DNA of 64,000 nucleotides, from NCBI RefSeq assembly GCF_006345805.1, contig NC_042997.1, positions 198,028,001-198,092,000 on the forward strand, given 5' to 3'. The translations under genes were made by a program, and so were the position numbers. Under the pieces are notes generated by a model. It ran no database searches. It was not told the DNA's origin and worked only from the letters and a program-made list of their open reading frames with translations. This document shows positions 1-14,799 of this stretch, piece after piece; position 1 is the stretch's first letter, and the number at the start of each line of letters is the position of its first letter. Origin of the DNA: Octopus sinensis (lineage: Eukaryota).

Positions 1-806
1 AACAACGAAAAAGAAAACCAAAAACAAAAAACCAAAAAAAAATGATAAAAGGATATACAAAGATAAACATAAAGCAACGTAATTATTGCATGAAAGAGAG
101 TAATTAATAAACATTCATCAACTTTCGGGTTGCATTAAAAGTTAGCTAATGAGAAACACAGTTTTGATTAGATATTTTTTTGATTTATAACGATCTATTA
201 TGTTTATCCAATCAAACAAGCGCGAAATGCGTCATAAAATTATATTATTAATATCGTAAAAATGAAGACAGCGAGCGAAGTAATCGTTTACTTTATAAAT
301 GTGGTAACTGTGTATACATATATACAAATTAAATGACTTGATTCAAGTAGGTAGGTGAATGAATTCCTTTGAGCGTATGCGTGAATAAATACGTATATTC
401 CTGGATATAAGACGCGTAAAAAAGAAAGCGAACAAACAAGCGAAATGCAAAAGCTTAGAAATATATCTGCAAGGTATATTAATAGAAGTTTTAATAGTAA
501 AACGAAAGTAATATTTTATATGGCTTCATTCTTGATTCAATCTATTAAGGAGGAAAATATGAAATACCAACAGAGTTGAAAAGAACTGCTTGTATTTCAA
601 TGCTTTCAGCATCGGCCAGCTGTTTTCGTCGGCAGTAAAACGATATGAAATCTCTTTTTACAGCCGTCCAGTACACACACACACACACACACACACATGT
701 AGGCATATATATGTAGGTATGTACATATGCATATATATACTTATACATATAAATGTATATACATAAGTATACTTTCATACGCATACAGTTACACACACAC
801 ATACAT

Positions 807-848
<42 letters not shown>

Positions 849-953
849 TACATATGTCTATATATATATATATTACATATGTCTATATATATATATATAT
901 TACATGTGTGTGTCTATATACATATATAAATTATTTATTATTAATAATATCCT

Positions 954-1005
<52 letters not shown>

Positions 1006-1154
1006 CATACATACATGCATATATATATATATTATTTATATGTATGTCTATATACATATATATATATATATATATTATTTATTATTAATCATATCTCTCT
1101 CTCTCTCCTCTCTCTCTCTATATCTATATATATATGTATGTATCTGTATATATG

Positions 1155-1211
<57 letters not shown>

Positions 1212-1691
1212 GAAGAACAATGAGATGTAACTACTTATGTATTGACTGCAACACTACAGAAAAGAAAACACGAAACCATATAGATACGTACATACACGCC
1301 AGCGTGCGCGCACACAGATGTACACGCACACACAGACACATACCACTCAAACACCATCACATACACGCCCACACACACGCACACATACACTTAAAGGAAT
1401 ATATGATTATATATCTTGAAAATCACAAGCCATCATTTTGTCCGAAACTACAGAGAGGCACACCATTTAAAAGAGAATTTCGGTTTAATTTAGATTTTAT
1501 TGCTCTTTCTGTATTCTTTTAATATTTCAGAATATTATTTACACTGAGGTCCCACAAAAGGAACTGTAAGCTGTTTATTAGAGAAATAATTATGAAATTT
1601 AGTATACAAGGATAGATAGATAAATAGAAAGCTAGACATACAGATAGATAGACAGATAAATGTATATATATATATATATATATATATACAT

Positions 1692-2100
1692 AGGCGCAGG
1701 AGTGGCTGTGTGGTAAGTAGCTTGCTTACCAACCACATGGTTCCGGGTTCAGTCCCACTGCGTGGCATCTTGGGCAAGTGTCTTCTGCTATAGCCTCGGG
1801 CCGACCAAAGCCTTGTGAGTGGATTTGGTTGACGGAAACTGAAAGAAGCCTGTCGTATATATGTATATATATATATATATGTATGTTTGTGTATATGTTT
1901 GTGTTTCTGTTTCAGTCCCCCTAGCATTGCTTGACAACAGATGCTGGTGTGTTTACGTCCCCGTAACTTAGCGGTTCGGCAAAAGAGACCTATAGAATAA
2001 GTGCAAGGCTTACAAAGAATAAGTCCCGGGGTCGATTTGCTCGACTAAAGGCGGTGCTCCAGCCTGGCCGCAGTCAAATGACTGAAACAAGTAAAAGAGA
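1692..2100 (+). mobile_element. tRNA-derived SINE family B, full length (~400 bp with an internal TA/TG tract)
   Basis: ggcgcaggagtggctgtgtggt (A box), gggttcagtccc (B box), ccttgggcaagtg core-like block, tail ending ..gactgaaacaagtaaaagag. Confidence 0.85.
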
Positions 2101-2572
2101 GAAAAGAGTAAAAGAGATATAAAAGACAAAAAAGAGTGAAAATACTACAGAAGGCTTGTGTTATATGATTAAAGAATAAATTTAAATCGTTATGTGAGGA
2201 AAATGTTATAAAATTTTGCGTATAGTAACATAGTTTTTTTGAGAAATAACCGGTTTCATATTTTCTTTTCAAATGTCTCAAATTTCTTAACCCATATCGT
2301 GTTATGTATTCGCTATGTTGTGAAATATGGAGTTCCAGGTAGAGGAAGGTAATCAGGGATTTTTTCCGGTATAAGGGAGATAATAAAAAATGTTGGGAAA
2401 GACTAGGCTTGATTAATTTAACATGATTTGGTTTAGAAGGAATAGAATGTTACAAGTAGTTAGGTTTTGCTTCATATTTTTTCAATGAGGTGAGTTTCCT
2501 TATACTTTTCTATATATATATATTATATATATTATATAATATATATATATATATATATATGATGTATTTTTA

Positions 2573-2616
<44 letters not shown>

Positions 2617-2700
2617 ATATTATAATATATAATATATATATATATATTATATATTATATATATATGTTATTTTTATATGTATATTATATATATATATATG

Positions 2701-2771
<71 letters not shown>

Positions 2772-3074
2772 TATATAATACATATATATCATAATATAAT
2801 ATACATATATATCACATATATACATATATATATATTCAGCACAAAAACAATTAAGATTCAAGTGAATTCCGATGAATTCAAATGAATATGGTACTTAACT
2901 TAGATGCACCAGAATTCTTTATGGTATTAACCATAAAATAATGTGGGTGATTATAACCAAGAAAAAAGCAACAAGAAAAAAGCAACAAGAATGGATTAGT
3001 AATTTAGTACTAAACTACTAATCCATTCTTGTTGCTTTTTTCTTGTCATATATATATATATATATATATATATA

Positions 3075-3126
<52 letters not shown>

Positions 3127-3308
3127 TATATATATATATATATTGGCCGCAGTCTAATAACTGAAACAAGTAAGAAACTAAAGATAAAAAATAATTCAAC
3201 AAAAAAAAAATTTAATTCGTCTAAAACAAAATGTGAGGATAAAAATTCCATTTACGATTTATACTTGGAATGCCTATATTGGTTCACTAGAATGAAATGG
3301 AATTTCTT

Positions 3309-3478
3309 ATTTCTTTATTGCCCACAACATACAGGGGACAAACAAGGACAGATAAAGTGATTAAGTCGATTACATCGAACCCAGTGCGTAACTGGTACTT
3401 AATTTATCGACCCCGATAGGATGAAAGGCAAATTCAACCTCGGCAGAATTTTGAACTCAGAACGTAACGGCAGAAATT
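3309..3478 (-). mobile_element. SINE family A unit
   Basis: Reverse complement of ..ttctgagttcaaa..gcctttcatcc..gtcgataaattaagtaccag.. Confidence 0.75.
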
Positions 3479-3582
3479 TAGAAACTGTAAGAGAATCAGA
3501 GATAGCAGATCCACCGAAGATTGCAGGATTTTTTGTTTTCCAATAAATTATTTAAAAGACAGAGAATTCATGAGGATTAATA

Positions 3583-3707
3583 TCACAAGGCTTTGGTCGG
3601 TCCGAGGCTATAGTAAAAGACACTTGCCCAAGGTGTCACGCAGTGGGACGAAACCGGAACAAGTGGTTCGTAAGCAAGATACTTACCACACAGCCACTTC
3701 TACGCCT
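3583..3707 (-). mobile_element. SINE family B head fragment
   Basis: Reverse complement of 1692-1825. Confidence 0.75.
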
Positions 3708-4491
3708 ATTCATTTATTTATATGTGTGTATATATACTTAAAAAATTATGATATATAAAAAGCTTAAAATATGCATTTTTGTTTATATTAATATAGGTGT
3801 ATATATACACACATATACACGTGTACACACACAAACACTCACACACTCACAAACATACATATATATATATGTGTGTGTATGTATACATTTTCAGTATTCG
3901 ATAAGCTATTTTGCTTATAGGTAAACACACACATACACAACAATTTCTTTCATATATATATATATATATATATAATTTCAACAATTGAGGGTAAAATTAA
4001 TTAATTATTAATCAATTTCACCAAGTATTCAGTATGTAAAGGGACCATTTAAGGCGAATTCAAAATATTACATTTTATAAAGGGCTTAGTAAAATAAATT
4101 ACTTTGCCACATACTGAACTCATTAGAAATAGCAGCGCCCCAAATTTAAAAAAAAAAATTTTTTTTTTTTAGCCATTTCTAATACTTAAAGAAAATTTCT
4201 CTCAGATAGTGTTTACTCAAAATATAAATATATGTATAAATATGCACACACACATACACACACGCGTATGTGTATGCATGTGTGAATAGGTTTGTACGTT
4301 TTTGCATGATACATTTATTTATATACTTAGAACAGAAGCTACTTAAATATAACAAAACGTCTGCTTTGTTATAAGCAAGTTGTAAAATATAGCAAACATT
4401 TTTCTTTTATAATGGAAATTTTCCGAAGAACAAAAGCATCGATTGATGTATAGTCGGCAGCTTATCTGGATGGAGCGTACAGTTTTATATA

Positions 4492-4587
<96 letters not shown>

Positions 4588-4846
4588 CTTGATCTATAGC
4601 GTTAGCAGGAAAGAAAGCGTTGCATGAAATATTTATTGATTTGTGAAGGTCTCGACGTGTACAGGAAAATGGTCGAAGTGGGCGAGCGAAGACATAAATA
4701 AGCAAAAGATGAACGTGGCGTTTGAATTTCGGTTGATGTGCATACATACGTATAAACATACACACATATCTATATATGTTATGTTATATAAGTATTTATT
4801 ACATATAATACTATATATATATTACATATAATATACGTATATATAA

Positions 4847-5612
4847 AGGCGGCGAGGTGGCAGAAACGTTAGCACGACGGGCGAAATGGTTTAGCGGTAT
4901 TTCGTTTGCCGTTACGTTCTGAGTTCAAATTCCGCCGAGGTCGACTTTGCCTTTCATCCTTTCGGGGTCGATTAAATAAGTACCAGTTACGCACTGGCGT
5001 CGATATAATCGACTTAATCCGTTTGTCTGTCCTTGTTTGTCCTCTCTGTGTTTAGCATCTTGTAAAGAAATAGGTATTTCGTCAGCCGTTTATGCTCTGA
5101 GTTCAAATTCCGCCGATGTTGATTTTGATTTTCATCCTTTCGGAGTCGATATAATCAACTTAATCCCTTTGACTGTCCTTGTTCGTCCCCTCTATGTTTA
5201 GCCCCTTGTGGGAATAAAGAAACAAGAAACGCTAGCATGCCGGGCGAAATGCTTAGCGGTATTCCGTCTGTCTTTATGTTCAGAGTTCAAATCCCGCCGA
5301 GGTCGACTTTGCCTTTCATCCTTTCGGGGTCAATAATTTAAGTACCAGTTACGCACTAGGGTTGGTGTAATCGACTTAAACCCAATGTCTGTCTTTGTTT
5401 GTCCCCTCTATGTTTAGCATCTTGTGGGCAATAAAGAAATAAGAAACGTTAACATTCCAGGCGAACCGCTTAGCGGCATTTCGTATGTCTTTACATTCTG
5501 AGTTCAAATTACGCCGAGGTCGATTTTGCTTTCATCCTTTCGGAGTCGATAAAGTAAGTACCAGTCCCCCTCCCCGAAAATTACGGGCCTTGTGCCTAGA
5601 GTAGAAAAGAAC
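4847..5612 (+). mobile_element. SINE family A, 4-unit tandem array
   Basis: aaggcggcgag head; units start near 4897, 5072, 5226 and 5443. Confidence 0.85.
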
Positions 5613-5644
5613 ATACATATGTATATCTGTTTTACTGTTTTACT

Positions 5645-6039
5645 GTTTTACTTGTTTCAGTCATTTGACTGCGGCCATGCTGTAGCACCGCCTTTAGTCG
5701 AGCAAATCGACCCCGGGACTTATTCTTTGTAAGCCCAGTACTTATTCTAGCGGTCTGTTTTGCCGAACCGCTAAGTAACGGGGACATAAACACACAAGCA
5801 TCGGTTGTCAAGCAATGATAGGGGGACAAACACAGACACACAAACATACACACACACATATATATATACATATATACGACGGGCTTCTTTTAGTTTCCGT
5901 CTACCAAGTCCACTCACAAGGCTTTGGTAGGCCCGGGCTATAGCAGAAGACACTTGCCCAAGGTGCCGCGAAGTGGGACTGAACCCGGAACCATGTGGTT
6001 GGTAAGCAAGCTACTTACCACACAGCCACTCCTGCGCCT
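5645..6039 (-). mobile_element. SINE family B, full length
   Basis: Reverse complement of 1692-2100 with few mismatches. Confidence 0.85.
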
Positions 6040-6702
6040 ATATAAAGTAATATTTAAAAAAATAGTTTCAAGAGATATCTAATTCTGTCAGTTACCGTGT
6101 TAACTCTTAGATTGGTTCTCAATGTCACCTAAACACAGCGAGTAACTGATAACTTACTAGACTCGGTAATCTTCCTCGCTTGGTAAATCCGAACGTCCTT
6201 TTAGATACGGCATAACTTCTGTAGCGAAAATAATGGAATTCATAAAGATCAGGAGAACGTATGGGTGTGTAGACCTCCGTTCTCCTGATCTTTATTAATT
6301 TTATTATATCTCTATATATACATTTTAAACACGATATAATTGTGATTCAAGTGCGGCAGATTTCATACATGGCGCATATCGACAATTTGATAAGTAACAG
6401 GCATAAAACGTTTGAACTTTGGGGCATTTTTCTAATTTGTATCACTTAAGTTTTTAAAATTGTATATATTCTCATTGAGCACTATTTAGCGTTTGCCTCA
6501 CTAACTTTTTATCTGTCTATCTGTCTGTCTGTCTATATATCTTTACACATACATACGCATATAATAATTATATAGATATATATATATATATATAATATAG
6601 TATATATATTATAATACATAGATAATATATATATATATAATATATTATATATATATATATATATAATATACATATATATGTATATTATGTATAATATATA
6701 TA

Positions 6703-6750
<48 letters not shown>

Positions 6751-6768
6751 TTATATATATATATATAT

Positions 6769-7094
6769 TACGGAGAGTACTCGCATAGCAAGTAATTTGA
6801 TCTGAGATCGTGTGCTGAAACGAAAACAATTGCAGCGTGGAAGGTGTTTATAAGCCATTTAAGAAACACCAAAGCCGTTCGATTCACTTCAACATTTAAG
6901 TTTAATTTGTCAATATTTTCGTCGCTAAAATCCGCGACCTGTTCACTGACAATCCGTGCTGCATCACGGACTTGTCAGTGAACAGGTCGCGGATTTAGCG
7001 ACGAAAATATTTTGACAAATTAAACTTAAATGTTGAAGTGAATCGAACGGCTTTTGTGTGTTTCTTAAATGGCTTTAAACACCCTCACGCTGCA

Positions 7095-7099
<5 letters not shown>
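6769..7099. mobile_element. (TA)n-flanked foldback element; near-perfect 274-bp palindrome at 6826-7099
   Basis: Arms acaattgcagcgtg...tccgtg and cacgga...cacgctgcaattgt surround a 6-nt loop at 6958-6963. Confidence 0.85.
6972..7018 (+). ncRNA. Type I hammerhead-like fold with G3:C8 covariant core, inside a foldback repeat
   Basis: ttgtca-GTGAACA-G-GTCGC GGATTTA GCGAC-GAAA-ATAT-TT-tgacaa. 6-bp stem I, 5-bp stem II, palindromic stem III, one extra nucleotide after A9. Confidence 0.6.
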
Positions 7100-7146
<47 letters not shown>

Positions 7147-7150
<4 letters not shown>

Positions 7151-8770
7151 TTATCTCGCCCTACGTCGTTAATTGGTTCCAGGAGACACGACTTGGAACG
7201 AAAAACGACTTAAATCGAATTGACTTTTCTCTAGGCTAAACCGAGAATAACCATTCCCCGTTCTGTACTTTATTTATGAATGCATTTTCAATAATGCATG
7301 GTTTCTAAAAACATATTTTAAGCTCACAAACAAATAATCTTTATTTTTTAATACAGTAAAAAGAAAAAGAGTAATCTAAATTTACGAATGCAATTTGGCA
7401 GTGTTTGCTGTACATCGCGGACGCTGTATTTATTAATGTGGTTTGCAATAGGACATGGTAAAATAAAAGCCTTTTGTTAAGCTTAAAAAACAAATTCATT
7501 AATTATTTTATTTTGCAATAGTAAAACAAAAAAACTAAATTACTTTAAATTTACCAATACGTACGTACAATTTGGTGGGCTGGGGACTGGAAGCACTCCG
7601 TCGGTTACGACGACGAAGATTCCGGTTGATCCGAATCAACGGAACAGCCTGTTCGTGAAATTAACGTGTAAGTGGCTGAGCACTCCACAGACACGTGTAC
7701 CCTTAACGTAGTTCTCGGGGATATTCAGCGTGACACAGAGAGTGACAAGGCCGGCCCTTTGAAATACAGGTACAACAGAAACAGGAAGTAAGAGTGAGAG
7801 AAAGTTGTGGTGAAAGAGTACAGCAGGGATCACCACCATCCCCTGCCGGAGCCTCGTGGAGCTTTTAGGTGTTTTCGCTCAATAAACACTCACAACGCCC
7901 GGTCTGGGAATCGAAACCGCGATCCTATGACCGCGAGTCCGCTGCCCTAACCACTGGGCCATTGCGCCTCCACATTTGGTGGGTTACATCTCAGATGTAG
8001 ATGGTTGTGGATCGTCAACATGAACAGCTGACTCTAGCTATTCTTATTGTTCGATGCGCTTACAAAAACCGGTTGAGAGTTCCCTGGACGGTCTTCTTCT
8101 TTTCCTCAAGGATTACATTATAAGGAACAAAACCTTCGTGACAAGCCCCCATAATTGAAAAAGCGCTGAGCATTTGGATCCATTTCCTTGTACATAGAAA
8201 GGCCTTTTTCGATATATTCAAAGTGCTTACTGCATTTTCTTAATGGTAAAATGACGTGGCTCGCGTTCAACTTCCTCTTCTTTACTTTGCTGCTCGTGAA
8301 GCTCTATCAAATCCTCGTTCGTCAGGAACTGCTTGTCTTTTTCAAATAAATCTGAGAAAATAGCCGATAAACAGTCGTAAACAAATCTCAGTTGGAAATA
8401 TTCGCGGGAATCACGAGTGACAACGACGCCCACCGGTAGATATTGGGAACTACAGTGCAATATGAGCTCCGAAAGATCGATAAATAAGACAACACAGAGG
8501 ATTTCATTCACTAAGTTACACAACTTTGTGGTGTGTAGCTTAACATTTACTGTACATATATTAATATGATTTTATATGCTTTTATTCTTATTTATTGTAC
8601 AGTATCATGGTTTTATGTGCTTTTAACGGTTTTCTAGTGATTTTGCAATTCCAATAATTGTAGTGGACAGACATAAATTCGAGTAAAATGACATAGCTTG
8701 ATTTTTATTTTTCCATATATTATTTTTGAAAACCAACGTATAATCGAGAACGACTTAAACCGAGGTAGAC

Positions 8771-8773
<3 letters not shown>
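7147..8773 (-). mobile_element. pogo/Tigger-like DNA transposon remnant with a nested SINE
   Basis: Ends taggttatctcg..acgtcg and cgacttaaaccgaggtagacctg-TA. The minus-strand remnant FLTNEDLIELHEQ..FTIKKM..MDPNAQRFS..ILEEKKKTVQGTLNRFL resembles Tigger transposase C-termini. Confidence 0.65.
7586..7973 (-). mobile_element. tRNA-derived SINE family C (tail type 1), nested in the Tigger-like element, 10-bp TSD
   Basis: Reverse complement of 46031-46417; atttggtggg at 7570-7579 and 7974-7983. Confidence 0.9.
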
Positions 8774-8814
<41 letters not shown>

Positions 8815-9268
8815 CAAGAAAATTAGAGGTTGTGAATCCAACCAACTAAGGGATAATATCTATCCAATATACTGCTGGTAGAATACCCAATTATTAATAC
8901 ACAAGTGTTTTTTTTATTGCATTGCAATTACATTACCGAGTTTAGTAGATAAATAAATAAATTGACATAATATAATGTTTTAAAGTTGATGAATACCACC
9001 TATTGGTCCCCTCTATTTTCTTATGGCTCTCTCTCTCTCTCTCTCTCTTTTATATATATATATAAGGGTAAGATCCAATGATTCAACTGTTGGAAGTTAG
9101 TAAACTCCCAGCAAATATATGTATATATATATACATACATATGTATGTATATATATGTATATATATATATATATACATATAATATAAGTGTATGTGTATA
9201 TATATATGTGTGTGTGTGTATATATATATGTAAATATATTTGTGTTTGTATATATATATGTATAAATT

Positions 9269-9299
<31 letters not shown>

Positions 9300-9315
9300 A
9301 TATATGGGTCTGTCT

Positions 9316-9382
<67 letters not shown>

Positions 9383-10465
9383 TGTTATGGAAGCTGAAAC
9401 CCGTTAGTCTGAGTTTCAAACAGAACTAAACTTTCAGAAAACTGCAATATACATATTCATTTATACATGTTGCAGTGATAATTATTCGGTAGATCATCAA
9501 CTATATATTTGAAGCTATGTTATTGATACTTGGAAATTTATGAAAACCACCAGACAATACCACTTGTCCTTATATACAATCTTGGAGAACGTCTATTGCC
9601 TTCACAAAATGCTCTATCGATTACGTTATACGTTATACATATGGTTTTTGTTATGAACACTTGTATAATTGCTCCCATTTGAAATTGCTGCTTTATCTTT
9701 AAATTGACAGAATTCTTCGTTTCTGTCTTTTGTGTTACATCTTTAAATTGATTGAATTTTTTGCTTCTGTCTTTTCTCTCCTCAAACTTTTTAAATCCGT
9801 ATTTCGTGAGTTAATTTTGACAAAACTTTTCTGTATTTTTGTGTCAGATTTGTTCTTCTTTTCATTGCAATGGCCCAGTGGTTAGGGCAGCGGACTCGCG
9901 GTCACGTAGTGTAATATTCAGTATCTCAAGAACATAGCAAAGATTTAGTTTTGAAAAATTAAACAAAAGTAAAGTTGAAGATAAGTAAAGTTAATTTGCC
10001 GTAAGTGGTATTACGTCTGATGTTTGTAGTATTGTCTTCCGCATGAAAGTATAAAAGGGAGACATTGTGTTTGGGGTTATCGTTTCTTCCTCTCGACTGC
10101 ACTTTTAGATAAACGGAAAGCTAGAAACTTTACAGTCTTCTTCCTACGAAGTATATATTTAAATTATCATGTATGTATGTATGTATGCAAAAAATATATA
10201 TATATAATATATATATATTTATATATATATATATACTATATATATATACTTATACATACATACACACACACACACACACACCCACATATATATATAGATA
10301 TATATACATACATACATGAGAAGTAGATGGACAGCCGAAGGGTTTATTCTTTATGTTTCTTGTCTGTTTTCCACCATTTGTTTCTCTCGTTATTTGCGTA
10401 TTCAACACATTTGTTTTCGTATTTCATGTTATTTTCGGTCTGTGACGTCATGTAACCATATATCC

Positions 10466-10507
<42 letters not shown>

Positions 10508-10596
10508 AAAGTTTACGAGGAAAACAAAAGACGAAGACAGGTGGTGTACAAAACAAATAGATGTATTAGTATAACGCTCAGGAATAGAAAAAGTCT

Positions 10597-10632
<36 letters not shown>

Positions 10633-11089
10633 GTAGATTATTTATACTATTTGATTGAACGCTACGCAGCCATTTCGAAGTAAGTTTATCTTAATATATT
10701 TGATGCGACTCTACTCTCTGCTGTTCTCTTCCCCTATCGTTTTTCCTCTCATCCTTTCTTTAATTCCTTTATTTCCCCTCTTCACTGTTTTCTATCTGTC
10801 TCTCTCCCTCATTCTCCTATGCCCTCTCTCGTTTCTCACACGTGACCATCGTCTATCTTTCTTTTCCTCTCGTGATCATCTTTCTTTCCCTTCTGGGCTG
10901 CCGTAAAACTGCACGTAACCTACCTGTCTCTCGTCTATCTTTTCTCTTCTCAAAGAAAATATTACTCCAGCGTCCGCTATTTTACCTTCGTCTGGTCTAA
11001 CGACCCTCCATGTTTGTTATCTTTCAGTTTCCTTTCATGTCTCCACTGTCCTGTTTTTGTTACCAACTTTGATCCTCCATAAATCCCAA

Positions 11090-11310
11090 ACTTTATTTTG
11101 GCTTTTGTGGGAGCAACTGCCTTCGAAGACTCATTGTCGTTCTATACTCAAAATGAGGAGTAGATGGGCAGCTGACGACCGATGAACGCTCGTTCTTAAT
11201 GTTACTTGTTCTGTTTTCCATTTGTTTCTCTCGTTGTTTGCGTCTTCAACTCATTTGCTTTCGTATTTCATGTTGTTTACGATTTCTGACGTCCTGCACC
11301 CATATATGCA
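11090..11310. repeat. Interspersed repeat; similar copy at 10315-10465
   Basis: atgaggagtagatgg..ccatttgtttctctcgtt..ttcgtatttcatgtt shared between the two sites. Confidence 0.6.
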
Positions 11311-11392
11311 TATACGTACATATTTTTATTGTAAGCAAATCGGATCAAATACTTAGCATCATTTTTTTCCGGTTCCTTACTCAATTTATGTG

Positions 11393-11424
<32 letters not shown>

Positions 11425-11468
11425 TGTATGTATGTATGTATGTATGTTGTATGTTATTATATATATAT

Positions 11469-11499
<31 letters not shown>

Positions 11500-11705
11500 G
11501 CATATGTAATGTATATGTATATTATTTATATATATATATAATGGCATATGTATGTATATGTATATTATTTATATATCTAAATAAATAAATATATATTAAA
11601 TAAATAAATAAATATATATATATATATATATATATATGCATATGTATGTATGTGTATATTATTTATATATATAAATAAATAAATATATATATAAATAAAT
11701 AAATA

Positions 11706-11762
<57 letters not shown>

Positions 11763-11867
11763 ATATAATATATATATAAAATAAGGATAACCACGCTGTT
11801 TCGATTCCCAGACCGGGTATTGTGAGTGTTTATTGAGCAAAAACACCTAACTTCAACGAGGCTCCGT

Positions 11868-12168
11868 GAAGAAGAAGAAGAAGAAGAAGAGAATAGGAGA
11901 AGAAGGAGAAGAAGAAAGAAGAGGTGAAGAGAACGAAGAAGAAGAAGAAGAGAAGAAGAAGAGAAGAGGAGGAGAGAGGGAAGAGAAGAAGAAGAAGAAG
12001 AAGAAGAAGAAGAAGAAGAAGGAAAGGGAGAAGAAGGAAAAGGAGAAGAAGGAAAAGGAGAAGAAGGAAAAGGAGAAGAAGAAGGAGGAGAAGGAGAAGA
12101 AGAAGGAAAAGGAGAAGAAAAAGAAGAAGGAAAAGGAGAAGAAGAATTGAAGAAGGAGAAGAAGAATG
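11868..12168. repeat. Purine-only (GAA)/(GGA) tract
   Basis: Direct reading. Confidence 0.95.
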
Positions 12169-12996
12169 AAGTTGTATTGCTATGTGCGATAGTTATGAGA
12201 AATTTTTGGCAAAAGTCCAGCAATTTTGACGGAGCGTCAGTCATCGACACCAGAGATCCGCTGGTGCTTCCTGAACGATAAACGGTAAAGTCGACCTCGC
12301 AAATATTTGGACCTAGAGCGTAAAGAACCGGAAAAAATGATGCTGAGCATTTGATCCAATTTGCTTACAATTCTACTAGCTCATATTGAAAACACCATCG
12401 TTGATGACCGCCTTGTCTAACCATGAGGCCTTGACATTACGTGATATCAATAAAATAAGTATAAATAAAATAAAATGAATTAAATAGAAATGCAGGGAGA
12501 AGAATATAGAATTAACAATGTTATTTTGTTGGAACGAAACCGTTGTAGAATACGAAACAAAGATGAGTTGCTACGAATCATGTCTCAGCAGTTTTAAAAG
12601 CAGATTAAATACAACTGGGATTACATAACAATATATCCGAAAACAAACACATGTAGCGAACAAAATGCAGAAAAAATATTTACAAAATTGTGAGCGTCTG
12701 CAGAAAAATCGTTTGCTCACACAAAAATATAGATAAGGGAAAAAAACTATAAAACAATAAACGCGAACAAGAAATAATACGAAGAAAAAAAAACTGCTGT
12801 TCAAAAAAGTATGCGTTTAGAATAATACACAAGTAATTTGTACACGTGATACATATACATACATACATACATACATACATACATACATACATACATACAT
12901 ACATACATACATACATACATACATACATTACATACTTACATACATATCTACAATTATACATATATATGTGCGTGCGTGTATCTATCTGTATATCTA

Positions 12997-13055
<59 letters not shown>

Positions 13056-13176
13056 TATAAATGTACATATATATATTTATGAATATATATATGTATATAT
13101 ATATATATTTATGATATATATATGTATATCTAATATTTTTGAATATCCTATATATATATGTATATATTATTTATGA

Positions 13177-13207
<31 letters not shown>

Positions 13208-13283
13208 ATAATATATATATATACAATATATTTATGAATATATATATGTCTATATATATTTATGAGTATATATATATATTAAT

Positions 13284-13351
<68 letters not shown>

Positions 13352-14292
13352 AATGTCTGTAAGTATGGAAATAAAGGAAGAGAACAAAAAGCGGTGGATA
13401 ACGAGAAAGGAAAAATGTAATGAGAGGTAGACCTACAAAATGCATAGCATACATAATGAGAGAGATACCGAGATAGCAAGAGATAGAAGGAAAATGAAAT
13501 AGATGTAAATGTATATAATTTCATTGGCGTACATGAAGATAAGCGCTTAGACGAAGCTAGTTGTACGGGCATAACAATTACAAGACAACTACACATACAG
13601 GGAAACAGTCTCTTAACTGATGAACTATACAGATTCATAAACATATGCGCATATATTCTCGATGGTAGAAACCCACGCATAGGAATAACAAAGCAATCCT
13701 TTGTGAAGTCATCTGTATTGTATTCAAACAATTATCGGCTGCGTTTAAAAGTACATTATTAGACCATTATTGCTGTGTAGGACCCAATGGGTAGGTTAGT
13801 GGGATGGTTGTTGTGTATTCCTTCACTTCTGCTATATTCTTTAATATGCTTTTATACTTTCAATTCTTCTGCTGGTTGCAATCATTAGAGTACGTCCAAG
13901 CAGGAGTACTACCTTCAGAGCCTTTCACTCGATCGCAGTTATCACACTAATTCATTATCGGTTTTTGTTTCATTGTTTGTTTAATCTATTTTCTCGTAAC
14001 ACCAGTTTTGTTTCAACCGATGATGATGTATAAAACACACAAGAACTATCACAGACATACACGCATACACTCCCCATCCACACATATACTGCATTGTATG
14101 TCGTAATCTATTCAGCGTCTTGTTTTAAACTAGCTTCATAATTGTTCATCTGGTGTTTTCATGTTTCTGTTTTGTTATCATAATCATCAAAATACTTTGT
14201 GAGAGCAGAGGATAATGGCTGTAATTGTATTTGTTGGTTAAAAAACTATACACAGAATTCTACAAATTGTTCTCAATTGTTCGAATATACCT

Positions 14293-14616
<324 letters not shown>

Positions 14617-14799
14617 GTGGCTCTGTAGTTAGGAAGCTTGTTTCGTAACAACATAGTTTCGGGTTCAGTCTCACAGTACAGCACCTATCTTTCTCTCTCC
14701 CCCTCTCTCTCTATATATATAGAAGCATGCATACAGGCACAGACGCACACAGATGCACACGCATACGCACAAACATACACACATGTATAATTGTATAGT

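Noticed and set aside
545-1230. Tyr/Ile/His-rich ORFs here and at many other TA/CA tracts (e.g. 2490-2885, 17734-19075, 23138-23674, 39869-40300)
   Set aside because: They are translations of microsatellites with no protein features.
11750-12250. Lys/Glu/Arg-rich and Ser/Pro-rich ORFs
   Set aside because: They are a purine trinucleotide repeat read in several frames.
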